Source: Planctomycetota bacterium
GTDB lineage: Bacteria; Planctomycetota; UBA1135; UBA2386
Length of the DNA: 64,000 bases
Direction: 5' to 3'
NCBI GenBank assembly: GCA_947501605.1
Contig: CANMWZ010000020.1
Coordinates: 15,676-79,675, forward strand
The notes below the pieces were generated by a model that ran no database searches, was not told where the DNA came from, and was given only the letters and a program-made list of their open reading frames with translations. Shown here one piece after another: positions 34,076 to 43,079 of this stretch. The number at the start of each line of letters is the position of its first letter. Positions within the stretch are counted from its first letter, which is position 1. Both the position numbers and the translations under genes were made by a program.

Positions 34076-34093
34076 CGGCAGTTGCAACTGCCG
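34076..34093. promoter_or_regulatory. Perfect 18-bp palindrome CGGCAGTTGCAACTGCCG
   Basis: Read directly. Lies between the cusA fragment stop and the ABC ATPase start. Could be a hairpin or an operator. Confidence 0.45.
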
Positions 34094-34098
34094 AGGTC

Positions 34099-34710
34099 TC
34101 ACGCCGCAATCGGACTGAGGGCCGTCCTGAGCTGCCGCCGCTTCCACAGCAAGAAGACCACCGGGTAGACCAAGAGTTCCATGAAGAAGCGGATCGTGAT
34201 GCCGCCGATCAGCGGGGCGACCAACCGCCGCGTGACATCCGCGCCGGTGCCCACTGCCCACAGCAATGGCAGCAGCCCGATCATGTCCGTCGCCACGGTC
34301 ATGGACTTGGGGCGCAATCGTTTGACCGCACCTTGGAAGATCGCGTGGTGCAGGTCCGAGAGGTTCTGCAACTTGCCCGCCCGCTCGGCCTTCTCGTACT
34401 CGCTATCGAGGTAGAGCAGCATGATCTGCCCGGTCTCCGCGTCGATGCCGAGCAGCGCGATGATCCCGACCCACACCGCCAGACTCATGTCGTAGTCGAG
34501 CGCCCACAGCAACCAGAACGCACCGATCCGCGAGAACGGCACCGCCAGGAGGATCACGCCGACGCGAAACCACGAGCGCGCCCCCCAGTAAAGAAGCAGT
34601 ACGATCAGCACCAACGTCACCGGGATGAGGACCAGCAGTCGCTCCTCCGATCGCTCGAGTGCCTCGAAGGTGCCGGCCCATTCTCGCGAACATCCGGCCG
34701 GCAGCAGCAC
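34099..34710 (-). pseudogene. cusA: Truncated inverted copy of the cusA 3' end (about 200 codons, C-terminal TM helices only)
   Basis: Aligns residue for residue with the C-terminus of the cusA at 37104-40406 (WAGTFE, ALDYDMSLAVWVGIIALLG, GAVKRxRPKxMTVATDMIGLLPLLW). In-frame stop just upstream (34732-34734). Arg substitutions inside TM helices. Confidence 0.85.
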
Positions 34711-34812
34711 CGTTGGGGGTTCCACTGCAGCCTAGTGGCGGACTGGCAGCCGCCTCGTGACGGCCCCCACTCCTTCCCATCGCCCGTCGGCGCCGATAGT
34801 GTCCTGCACTTC

Positions 34813-35220
34813 ATGAGTTCTCGTCTCCGTGGCCTGCTGTGTTGGTTGCTCTGCGCGCTGATGCTCAGCGCCGGTGCTCCTGCCCAACCGGCACGGCACT
34901 GCGGCAACGACACCGAGCCGATGTCGTCGTGCCGCGAGCAGCAGTCCTGCTGCTGCCCCGACGAGGCCGAGAGCGAAGCAACGCGCGGGGAACGGAACTG
35001 CGATTGCAAAGCCCCCGAGCGCGAGCCTGCGCCGACGCCGGCGCCCGACGGACCGAAGCTCACGAACCCCCTCTGCGCGCCCGAACCCGCACGCGCCCCG
35101 CCGCGCCTGCCGCAGGTTCGCGAACCAGCTGTAGTCATCGCCGCGGCCCCGTGCCCATTCGCGCACGGCCCGCTGCCGTATCGCACGCGTCAAGTCGCCT
35201 ACTCCGTCTGGCGACTCTAG
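34813..35220 (+). CDS. Secreted Cys/Pro-rich small protein, putative metal-responsive leader ORF
   Basis: Signal peptide ending APA/Q; 11 Cys (CCC, CDC); Pro-rich with RAPP; directly upstream of cusB. Confidence 0.65.
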   Translation: MSSRLRGLLCWLLCALMLSAGAPAQPARHCGNDTEPMSSCREQQSCCCPDEAESEATRGERNCDCKAPEREPAPTPAPDGPKLTNPLCAPEPARAPPRLPQVREPAVVIAAAPCPFAHGPLPYRTRQVAYSVWRL

Positions 35221-35265
35221 CGGTCCCTCAGTGGGGACACTCCGTACCCACTGCGAGAGGGACCG
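35221..35265 (+). promoter_or_regulatory. Stem-loop between the leader ORF and cusB that sequesters an SD-like GAGG
   Basis: CGGTCCCT pairs with AGGGACCG and CAGTGGG with CCCACTG. GAGG at 35257-35260 lies 5 nt before an in-frame GTG at 35266. Confidence 0.6.
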
Positions 35266-35334
35266 GTGCCGTGGCGCAAAACGCAGGAGCCTTGCACTGG
35301 TCGTGATCCGCGACCACCTGCGTCCGCGTTCCCG

Positions 35335-37107
35335 ATGCTCCCGATCTACGTCTACTTCAGTGCCCTCGTTGTTCTGATCGTCTGGTTTGCGGTGCTCGTG
35401 TCGTTCGCGCGCGGACGCGTCCTTGCCCTGCGCTCCATGCCCGCCATGGCACTATTCGTGGTGTTGTTTGCCACGGCGGAAGGCGCGTTCGCCGTCGGTC
35501 GCCGCCACGGTGGGACCACCGTTGCGAGCGGCACGATCTACACGTGCTCCATGCACCCAACCGTCCGCGTCACGGAGCCCGGACTGTGCCCGTCGTGTCG
35601 CATGGACCTCGTGCCCGTCGGCACCGTCGCATCGCTCGGCGGGTCCGCGCACGAGATCACCATCGATCCCACCGTGGTGCAGAACATGGGCGTACGGGTC
35701 ACCGCTGCGGTGCGCTCGCCGATGCAGCGCAGCGTGCGCGCGTTTGGCGAACTGCGCGCAGCCGAGACCGGGCTCGCCGATATCGCGCTGAAGTTCGACG
35801 GCTTCGTCGAGGATCTCTTCGCTGACACCGTTGGCATGCGCATCGAAGAGGGCGACGCCCTGTTCTCGGTCTACGCGCCCGAACTCCTGGTCGCCCAGTC
35901 CGAGCTGATCGCCGCCGCCCAGAGCGGGGATGCCGCTTTGGTCCTCGCCGCCAAGAGCAAGCTCGCCCTATGGGACGTCAGCGCCGCGGCGATCGAACTC
36001 CTCGCAAAGCGCACCGAACCCCTGCGCGCGCTGCCATGGCCGAGCCCCGTCGCCGGTGTGCTGCTGCAGCGCGACGTTGTCCGAGGGGCGCCGGCAATGA
36101 AGAACAGTGTGCTGTTGCGCATCAGCGATCTGTCGACACTGTGGCTCGACGCCCAGGTGCCGTCCTCACAGTTGCAGGCACTCCAGACCGGACTCGAAGG
36201 CACCGCCACGTTTGACGACGTGCCGCTGCGCGAGTGGAAGGGCAACGTCGTGTTCGTTGCTCCCGAGGTCGATCGGACGACGCGGACGGGCACCGTGCGT
36301 CTGGCGATCGACAACCGTGAGGGCGCGTTGCGTCCTGGCATGTGGGCCCGCGTGCGCTTCACCGTGCCGGTCGCCAGTGCAGCCGTGCGCGTCCCCCAAG
36401 AGGCGGTGCTCGACACCGGTCGACGACAGCTCATCTGGCTCGCGGTCGGCAAGGGCCACTTCTCGCCGCGCGTAGTTCGGACTGGAGCGACGGACGACGA
36501 CGGCTTCGTGCAGATTCTCGATGGCATCGCACCAGGAGATCTCGTCGTCACCAGCGGCCAGTTCTTGATCGACTCCGAGAGTCGTCTGCGCGAAGGCGCT
36601 CGCAAGTTCGAGAACGAAGGGATGATGCCCGGCGGCGACCTCCCGCCGCCGGTGGCAATCCCGCTCACGCCAGCGAGCCAACAGTCCATCGACGCACTTG
36701 CCGCCGCCTACCTCGCGGTGTCAGAAGCACTCGCCCAGGACCGCTTCGACCTCGGCTTGCTGCAAGCCATGCGTGCGAGTGCCGACGCCGTGGTGACCAC
36801 CGCGACCGTACCGCCGGTGCAGTTGCCGGCGACCGAACTGACCAACCTGCTCGATCGGCCGAGCGCCGACCTCGAAGCCGCGCGCGTGTCGTGGAAGCAG
36901 ATCAGCCAGGCGACAATGCAGCTGTTCGAAGTGGCGCGCCCAAGCGGCACCGCGGGTGCGATGCTCTACATCCACCACTGTCCGATGGCTGAGGCCGATT
37001 GGCTCCAGGCCGACGACAAGACCCGCAATCCCTACTACGGCAGTTCGATGCTGGACTGCGGCACCGTCCGCCGTTCGCTGCCGTTGTCGGCGGGAGCCCC
37101 CAAGTGA
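35335..37107 (+). CDS. cusB: CusB-like RND periplasmic adaptor with heavy-metal-binding domain and DUF3347-like C-terminus
   Basis: YTCSMHP..PGLCPSCRMDL, YAPELLVAQSE, LRPGM, SGQFLIDSES, CPMA..W..RNPYYGSSMLDCG. Alternative in-frame GTG start at 35266. Confidence 0.9.
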   Translation: MLPIYVYFSALVVLIVWFAVLVSFARGRVLALRSMPAMALFVVLFATAEGAFAVGRRHGGTTVASGTIYTCSMHPTVRVTEPGLCPSCRMDLVPVGTVASLGGSAHEITIDPTVVQNMGVRVTAAVRSPMQRSVRAFGELRAAETGLADIALKFDGFVEDLFADTVGMRIEEGDALFSVYAPELLVAQSELIAAAQSGDAALVLAAKSKLALWDVSAAAIELLAKRTEPLRALPWPSPVAGVLLQRDVVRGAPAMKNSVLLRISDLSTLWLDAQVPSSQLQALQTGLEGTATFDDVPLREWKGNVVFVAPEVDRTTRTGTVRLAIDNREGALRPGMWARVRFTVPVASAAVRVPQEAVLDTGRRQLIWLAVGKGHFSPRVVRTGATDDDGFVQILDGIAPGDLVVTSGQFLIDSESRLREGARKFENEGMMPGGDLPPPVAIPLTPASQQSIDALAAAYLAVSEALAQDRFDLGLLQAMRASADAVVTTATVPPVQLPATELTNLLDRPSADLEAARVSWKQISQATMQLFEVARPSGTAGAMLYIHHCPMAEADWLQADDKTRNPYYGSSMLDCGTVRRSLPLSAGAPK

Positions 37108-40100
37108 TCGCGCGCATCGTCGAGCTCTCGGTCAAGAACCGCGCGCTGGTGCTGATGTGCACGGCGGCACTGCTGGTGTTTGGCGTCTGGGGTCTGCGCA
37201 ACGTCCGACTCGATGCGATCCCCGATCTGTCCGACGTCCAGGTCATCGTGACCACGGAGTACGAAGGCCAGAACCCGCAAGTCGTCGACGACCAAGTCAC
37301 GTATCCGCTGTCGAGCGCATTGCTCGCAGTGCCGGGCGCAACCTATGTGCGCGGCCTGTCGATGTTCGAGCAGTCGTTCGTCTACGTGCTGTTCGAGGAC
37401 GGCACCGACATCTACTGGGCACGCAGCCGCGTACTCGAGTACCTCTCGACGCTGCGCGATCGCCTGCCCGATGGCGTCGAACCCAAGCTCGGGCCCGACG
37501 CGACGGGCGTCGGCTGGGTCTACCAATACGCGCTGAAGAGCGATCGCCATGACCTCGCCCAACTGCGCGCGCTGCAGGACTACTACCTTCGCTATCCCCT
37601 GTCGGCGGTCGAGGGTGTCGCCGAGATTGCGAGCTTCGGCGGCTTCGTCAAGCAGTACCAGGTCACGCTCGATCAAGAACGGCTCTACGCCTACGGCCTC
37701 ACGCTCGACGCCGTCGTGACGGCAATCCGCGCCAGCAACGACGACGTCGGTGGCTCAGTCATCGAACGCGGCGAACAGGAGTACATGGTGCGTTCGCGCG
37801 GCTACCTCAAAGGTCTCGACGACTTGCGGCTCGTGCCCGTGGGCCTTGGCAAGAACGGTGCGCCAGTGCTCTTGGCCGACGTCGCCAACCTCGCGATCGG
37901 CGGCGAGGCCCGACGCAGCGTCGGCGAACTCGACGGCGCGGGCGAGGCCGTCGGCGGCATCGTCGTCGCGCGGTTTGGTGCCAATGCCTACCAAGTGATC
38001 CAGGACGTCAAGCAACGGCTGTCCGACTTGAAGGCTGGCCTACCCGCAGGCGTGACCATCGTCGAGACCTACGATCGATCGCTGGTCATCGGCCGCGCCG
38101 TCGACACGCTGACCGAAGCGGTGTTCGAAGAACTACTGGTCACCGGCGCCATCTGCCTGCTGTTTCTGCTGCATGTGCGCTCGGCCCTGGTCGCGATCCT
38201 CGTGCTGCCAATCGGGCTACTGGTCTCGATCCTGCTGATGACGCTGTTCGGCATCAACGCCAACATCATGTCGATCGGCGGACTCGCACTCGCGATCGGC
38301 GTGATGGTCGACAGCGGCGTCGTGCTGGTCGAGAACGCGCACAAGCACATCTTTGCTGCCAGGCTCGCGTTCGAGCGCGACGGCACGCCGATGCCAAAAC
38401 AACAGGACCTGGTCCTCGCCGCAGCCCGCGAAGTAGCGCCGAGTCTGTTCAGCTCGCTGCTGGTCATCACCGTCAGCTTCCTCCCGATCTTCACGCTCGG
38501 CGGCGAATCGGCGCGCATGTTCACGCCGCTGGCGTGGACCAAGACCTTTGCGATCGCGGCCGGGGCAATCCTCGGCATCACGGTCGTGCCGGCACTGATG
38601 GTCACGCTGGTCCGCGGCCGCATCCCGCGCGAGGACAGAAACCCGATCCAGCGCATCAGCGAAGCGCTCTACGAGCCGTTCTTCTGGCTGTGCCTCAAGC
38701 ACCCGTGGGCCACGCTGATCTCGGTGCTCCTGCTCGGGGCCTCGACGATCTACCCGATCCGCGCCATCGGTTCCGAGTTCATGCCCAAGCTCGACGAGGG
38801 CGATTTGCTCTACATGCCGACGACTGCCGCCAGCGTCAGCGTTGGCAAAGCCCGCGAAGTGCTGCAGCAGACCGACAAGTTGATTCACCTCGTGCCGGAG
38901 GTTCGCAGTGTGCACGGCAAGATCGGCCGCGCCGAGACCGCGACCGACCCGGCACCGCTGTCGATGATCGAGACTGTCGTTCAGCTCGAACCAGACCGCA
39001 CCAAATGGCGTACGCGCACGGTGCCGCGGGACTATGACGATTGGCCGGCCTTCCTCGACTGGAGCAAGGACCTGCTCGCGATGGTCATGCCGCGCTCGCG
39101 GCCGATCACGATGGAGGAACTGAAGTACGGCTGGACCGACGCCGATGGCACACAACACCAAGGCCTCGATGCAATCGTCGAACTGCCAGGCATGGCCAAC
39201 GCTTGGCCGTACCCGATCGAGAACCGCCTCAACATGCTGGCGACCGGCATCAAGACGCCGGTTGGCATCAAGCTCTACGGCGATGACCTCGCCGAGTTGA
39301 ACGCGCTGGCGCAGCGCACCGCGGCAGCACTGCAGCCCGACGCCGCCGGCGCGACCCCCGTTCGCGGCACGCGCAGCGTCTTCGTCGACGACAACGTTGG
39401 CGGCCTCTACCTCGACATCACCGTCGACCGCGCCCGCAGCTCGCGCCACGGGCTGACCGTCGCCGCGGTGCAGGACGTGATCCGGACGGCCATCGGTGGC
39501 ATGGCGGTCGGCACCGCCGTCGAGGGCACGGGACGCTTCCCGATCAACGTTCGCTATGCCCGCGAGCTGCGCGACGACCCGGACGCGTTGGCGCAGGTAT
39601 TGGTCGATGCGCCGACCGGTGCGCGCGTCCCGCTCGGCGAGCTCTGCACGATCGCGGTGGCCGAAGGTGCACCGATGTTGCGCAGCGAGAACGCCCAACG
39701 AACGGTCTGGGTCTATGTCGACGTCGACGGGCGCGACCTCGGCGGCTTCGTGCGGCAAGCACGCGCGCTGATTGACGAGAAGGTACCGCTGCCTCCGGGC
39801 TACAGCCGGAGCTGGGCCGGCACATTCGAGTACTTGGAAGAGACCGAAGAGCGCCTGCGACTGGTGTTGCCGCTGACCCTGGCGCTGATCGTGCTGTTGC
39901 TCTACCTCGCGTCAGGATCGTGGTTCCGCGTCGCGGTGATCCTGCTGGCTGTGCCGTTCTCCTTGATCGGTGCGTTCTGGTTCCTGTGGGCGCTCGACTA
40001 CGACATGAGCCTTGCTGTCTGGGTCGGGATCATCGCGCTGCTCGGCGTCGACGCCGAGACCGGGCAGATGATGCTGCTCTACCTCGACTCCGAGTACGAC

Positions 40101-40406
40101 CGCGCGAAGGACGAAGGCCGCCTCCGCAGCGCGCGCGAACTGCGCATCGCCATCCACCACGGCGCCGTGAAGCGCATCCGTCCGAAGACCATGACGGTAG
40201 CGACCGACATGATTGGCTTGCTGCCGCTGCTGTGGGCCACGGGCACCGGCGCCGACGTCACGCGGCGGCTCGTCGCGCCATTGATCGGCGGCATCACCGT
40301 GAGCTTCTTGATGGAGCTCTTGGTCTACCCCGTGATCTTCTACCTGTGGAAACGGCGCGAGTTGACGCAGTCGATGGGCACGGCGCTGCCAGAGGAAGTC
40401 GGATGA
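37104..40406 (+). CDS. cusA: CusA/SilA-type heavy-metal RND efflux transporter
   Basis: DAIPDLSDVQVIV, WARSRVLEYL, GPDATGVGWVYQY, GVMVD. Met triad equivalent to E. coli M573/M623/M672 (LLYMP, PLSMIET, RLNMLAT). GTGA overlap with cusB. Confidence 0.95.
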   Translation: MIARIVELSVKNRALVLMCTAALLVFGVWGLRNVRLDAIPDLSDVQVIVTTEYEGQNPQVVDDQVTYPLSSALLAVPGATYVRGLSMFEQSFVYVLFEDGTDIYWARSRVLEYLSTLRDRLPDGVEPKLGPDATGVGWVYQYALKSDRHDLAQLRALQDYYLRYPLSAVEGVAEIASFGGFVKQYQVTLDQERLYAYGLTLDAVVTAIRASNDDVGGSVIERGEQEYMVRSRGYLKGLDDLRLVPVGLGKNGAPVLLADVANLAIGGEARRSVGELDGAGEAVGGIVVARFGANAYQVIQDVKQRLSDLKAGLPAGVTIVETYDRSLVIGRAVDTLTEAVFEELLVTGAICLLFLLHVRSALVAILVLPIGLLVSILLMTLFGINANIMSIGGLALAIGVMVDSGVVLVENAHKHIFAARLAFERDGTPMPKQQDLVLAAAREVAPSLFSSLLVITVSFLPIFTLGGESARMFTPLAWTKTFAIAAGAILGITVVPALMVTLVRGRIPREDRNPIQRISEALYEPFFWLCLKHPWATLISVLLLGASTIYPIRAIGSEFMPKLDEGDLLYMPTTAASVSVGKAREVLQQTDKLIHLVPEVRSVHGKIGRAETATDPAPLSMIETVVQLEPDRTKWRTRTVPRDYDDWPAFLDWSKDLLAMVMPRSRPITMEELKYGWTDADGTQHQGLDAIVELPGMANAWPYPIENRLNMLATGIKTPVGIKLYGDDLAELNALAQRTAAALQPDAAGATPVRGTRSVFVDDNVGGLYLDITVDRARSSRHGLTVAAVQDVIRTAIGGMAVGTAVEGTGRFPINVRYARELRDDPDALAQVLVDAPTGARVPLGELCTIAVAEGAPMLRSENAQRTVWVYVDVDGRDLGGFVRQARALIDEKVPLPPGYSRSWAGTFEYLEETEERLRLVLPLTLALIVLLLYLASGSWFRVAVILLAVPFSLIGAFWFLWALDYDMSLAVWVGIIALLGVDAETGQMMLLYLDSEYDRAKDEGRLRSARELRIAIHHGAVKRIRPKTMTVATDMIGLLPLLWATGTGADVTRRLVAPLIGGITVSFLMELLVYPVIFYLWKRRELTQSMGTALPEEVG

Positions 40407-41776
40407 TCCACCGCACCCACGTCTCTCGCTTCCTCTGGTTGGCCGTGCTCAGTGCCTGCTCGGTGTCGATCGACGGCGAGCAGGCAGAGCGCGACCGCGC
40501 CAAGACTCTCGGGGCACGCTACGAGAAGCCGTTCGCCGATCGCGAACTGCCACCGCTGCAACCCGACTCGGACCTCGCCGCCTGGATCGCCCACGCCGAG
40601 AGCAGCAACGGCGAACTCGAAGCGGCCTACTACGAGTGGCTCGCAGCGATCGAGGAAGTGCCGCAGGCCGCGACCCAGGACACCACCGCGATGATCGGGC
40701 TCGAGCACACGCTTGACGGCGGCAGCGCCCTCGACCGCACGGGCCTCATGCTGATGACCGACACGATGGCCAATTGGGTATTGCCAGGCCGCCTGCGCGA
40801 TCGCGGCCATGCGGCGCTGCTGCGCGCGCGCGCGGCGGGGTCGGTGTTCGTGACCCGCCGGCTCGCACTCCAACGCGAAGTTGCCGAACGCAGCATCGAG
40901 TTGGCGATGCGCGACCGGGAGATCGAACTGCAAGAGCGCCTGTTGCGTTCGCTCGGAGTCGCCGCCGCATCGGCACGAGCGCAGGTGCAGAGCGGACAGG
41001 CGTCACAACGCGAGTCGGTGACGGCAGAGACCGAGCAACTGCGCGCGCAAGCAATGCTGGTGCAGTTGCGCCAGGGCCGCCCGGCGTTGGTCGCGGAGTT
41101 GCTGGCGACGGCGGGTGTCGCAATGCCGAGTGCGCTCGACCCCGCGCCGTCGCTACCGGAGCTCGCCCCGTTACGCGCCGAAGAACTCGCGACGCTCGAT
41201 GCCGCGATCGCACACAACCCGTCGCTGCTCGAAGCGCGCGCGCGCCACGAGGCCGTGCTGGCACAGATCACGGCCGACGAATGGGAGCACATGCCGCAGT
41301 TCTCACTCCGTTCGCTGTTGATGGGCGATGGCACGGCGATGCTCCAGCCAGCGATGACGCTGCCCTTCCTGCGCGACCACGCAATCTCAGCCAAGCTGCG
41401 CGCGTCACGTGCCGCCGCCGACGGCGCCGCGGCAATGCTGCGGCAAGAGGGCCTCGACGCCGCCGCCACCATCCTGGCCGAGCGAGCGCGCCACGACGCG
41501 GCCGTCGCCGAAGCCGCAGTGCTCCGCGACCAGGTGCTGCCCCGTCTGCAGCGCACGGCTCTGGTCGCGCGCGGCGAGTGGACAGCCAGTCGCGCGCAGC
41601 TACGTGACTGGCTCGAAATCGACAACACCGCGACCGCGGTCGAGCTCGAACTCGTGCGCTTGCAAGGAACCGCAGCGATCACTCGCGCCCGCCTACTGGC
41701 CGCACTCGGGTCTGCGCTGACGGCGCCGCTGGAGGCAACCACAGCGGAGAGTTTGCCGACCGGCGTCGTGCGCTAG
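40403..41776 (+). CDS. TolC-family outer membrane efflux lipoprotein (CusC-like)
   Basis: Lipobox LSAC; two helical halves with NGEL/NPSL motifs; P.FSL..MTLP. ATGA overlap with cusA. Confidence 0.8.
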   Translation: MIHRTHVSRFLWLAVLSACSVSIDGEQAERDRAKTLGARYEKPFADRELPPLQPDSDLAAWIAHAESSNGELEAAYYEWLAAIEEVPQAATQDTTAMIGLEHTLDGGSALDRTGLMLMTDTMANWVLPGRLRDRGHAALLRARAAGSVFVTRRLALQREVAERSIELAMRDREIELQERLLRSLGVAAASARAQVQSGQASQRESVTAETEQLRAQAMLVQLRQGRPALVAELLATAGVAMPSALDPAPSLPELAPLRAEELATLDAAIAHNPSLLEARARHEAVLAQITADEWEHMPQFSLRSLLMGDGTAMLQPAMTLPFLRDHAISAKLRASRAAADGAAAMLRQEGLDAAATILAERARHDAAVAEAAVLRDQVLPRLQRTALVARGEWTASRAQLRDWLEIDNTATAVELELVRLQGTAAITRARLLAALGSALTAPLEATTAESLPTGVVR

Positions 41777-42014
41777 GAGTGGCTGTCGAGGGGGCCTGTG
41801 CCCGAGGCCGCGCCACGGCGGCCGCGGGCAAGTAGCGGACTGGTAGCGGAATCTGGCGGGTCCACGACGAGTCTCCGGCGCCGGCCCGATCGTCGAGGCC
41901 GAGCGCAGCCGCTGGCGCGCTCTGAAGCCACTCGCAGGAGCTCCGTTGACTCGATGCCGGCCGCAGCCGAGCATCGCCGCCTTCGGACCTTCCTTACGGA
42001 ACCAAAGATCTGCC

Positions 42015-43079
42015 ATGCAAACTCGACGCCTGCTCGCCCTCTCCGCCTTCGTCTGTCTGCCGCTCGCACTCGCGATCGCCCAAGAGCCAACGGCGCCGCA
42101 GCCGAGCAAGGAACAGACGATGCTGAACCCGTGGATCGGTCATTGGGACGTGACCGCGACCAACTTCGAAGGGCCAGAACCGGTGGCGATGCACGCCGTG
42201 GAGGAGACGACCGCCGTCTGCGGCGGACTGTGGCTGCGGGCCAAGGTCACCGGCACGGACTTCCCGTTCAGCGGCACCGGGTTCACCGGTTGGGACAGCA
42301 CCCGCAATGAGTATGTCGGCGTCTGGGTCGACTCGATGTCGGCAACGCCGTGGACGTCGCACGGCAAGCACGATGCCAAGACCGGCGGGTTCACCTTCGA
42401 CGGCCTGATGCCGTCGCCAGAAGGCGCGCGCACGACGTGGACGACGATGGAGTTTCCGAACGCGGACACGCGCGTCGAGACGACCCACATCGTCGACAAG
42501 GACGGCAAGAAGACGAAGTTCATGGAGCTCCGCGCCACACGCCAGAAGGACACCAAGACCGCACCGGCATCGGCGAAGAAGGCGGACTCGGTCGCCACAG
42601 ACATGCCCAACCCGCACGATCCGATGCACCAGCACTTGGCGCCCTTCGCCGGCTCGTGGAAGTCGACGACGAAGATGAGCGCACCGGGCATGCCCGAGAT
42701 GCCGCCGAGCGCGATGGCCTCGGAGGATGTCATGGTCTGCGACGATCTGTGGCTGCTGACGCACGCGACCGGCGAGTTCTCTGGCATGGCGTTCGAGGGC
42801 TTTGGCCTCACGGGCTACGACCCGACACAGAAGAAGTTCGTCAGCTTCTGGGTCGACAACTTTGCTGCTTACCTCATGCAATCGACGGGCACGTGCGACA
42901 AGAGCGGCTCCGCATTCACGATGAGCGGGGCAAGCATCGACATGATGGGCAAGCCGGGCACGACCATCGACACCACGAAGTGGGACAGCAAAGACCACTA
43001 CGTGCGGACCATGGTGTCGACGGGCAAGGATGGCAAAGACGCAGGCACGATGATCCTCGAGTGCACGCGCTCGAAGTGA
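42015..43079 (+). CDS. Secreted protein with two tandem DUF1579-like domains
   Basis: Signal peptide. Two repeats of LxPxxGxW...(C)xxLWL...FxGxGxTG(W/Y)D...WVD. 21 Met in 354 aa. Confidence 0.8.
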   Translation: MQTRRLLALSAFVCLPLALAIAQEPTAPQPSKEQTMLNPWIGHWDVTATNFEGPEPVAMHAVEETTAVCGGLWLRAKVTGTDFPFSGTGFTGWDSTRNEYVGVWVDSMSATPWTSHGKHDAKTGGFTFDGLMPSPEGARTTWTTMEFPNADTRVETTHIVDKDGKKTKFMELRATRQKDTKTAPASAKKADSVATDMPNPHDPMHQHLAPFAGSWKSTTKMSAPGMPEMPPSAMASEDVMVCDDLWLLTHATGEFSGMAFEGFGLTGYDPTQKKFVSFWVDNFAAYLMQSTGTCDKSGSAFTMSGASIDMMGKPGTTIDTTKWDSKDHYVRTMVSTGKDGKDAGTMILECTRSK

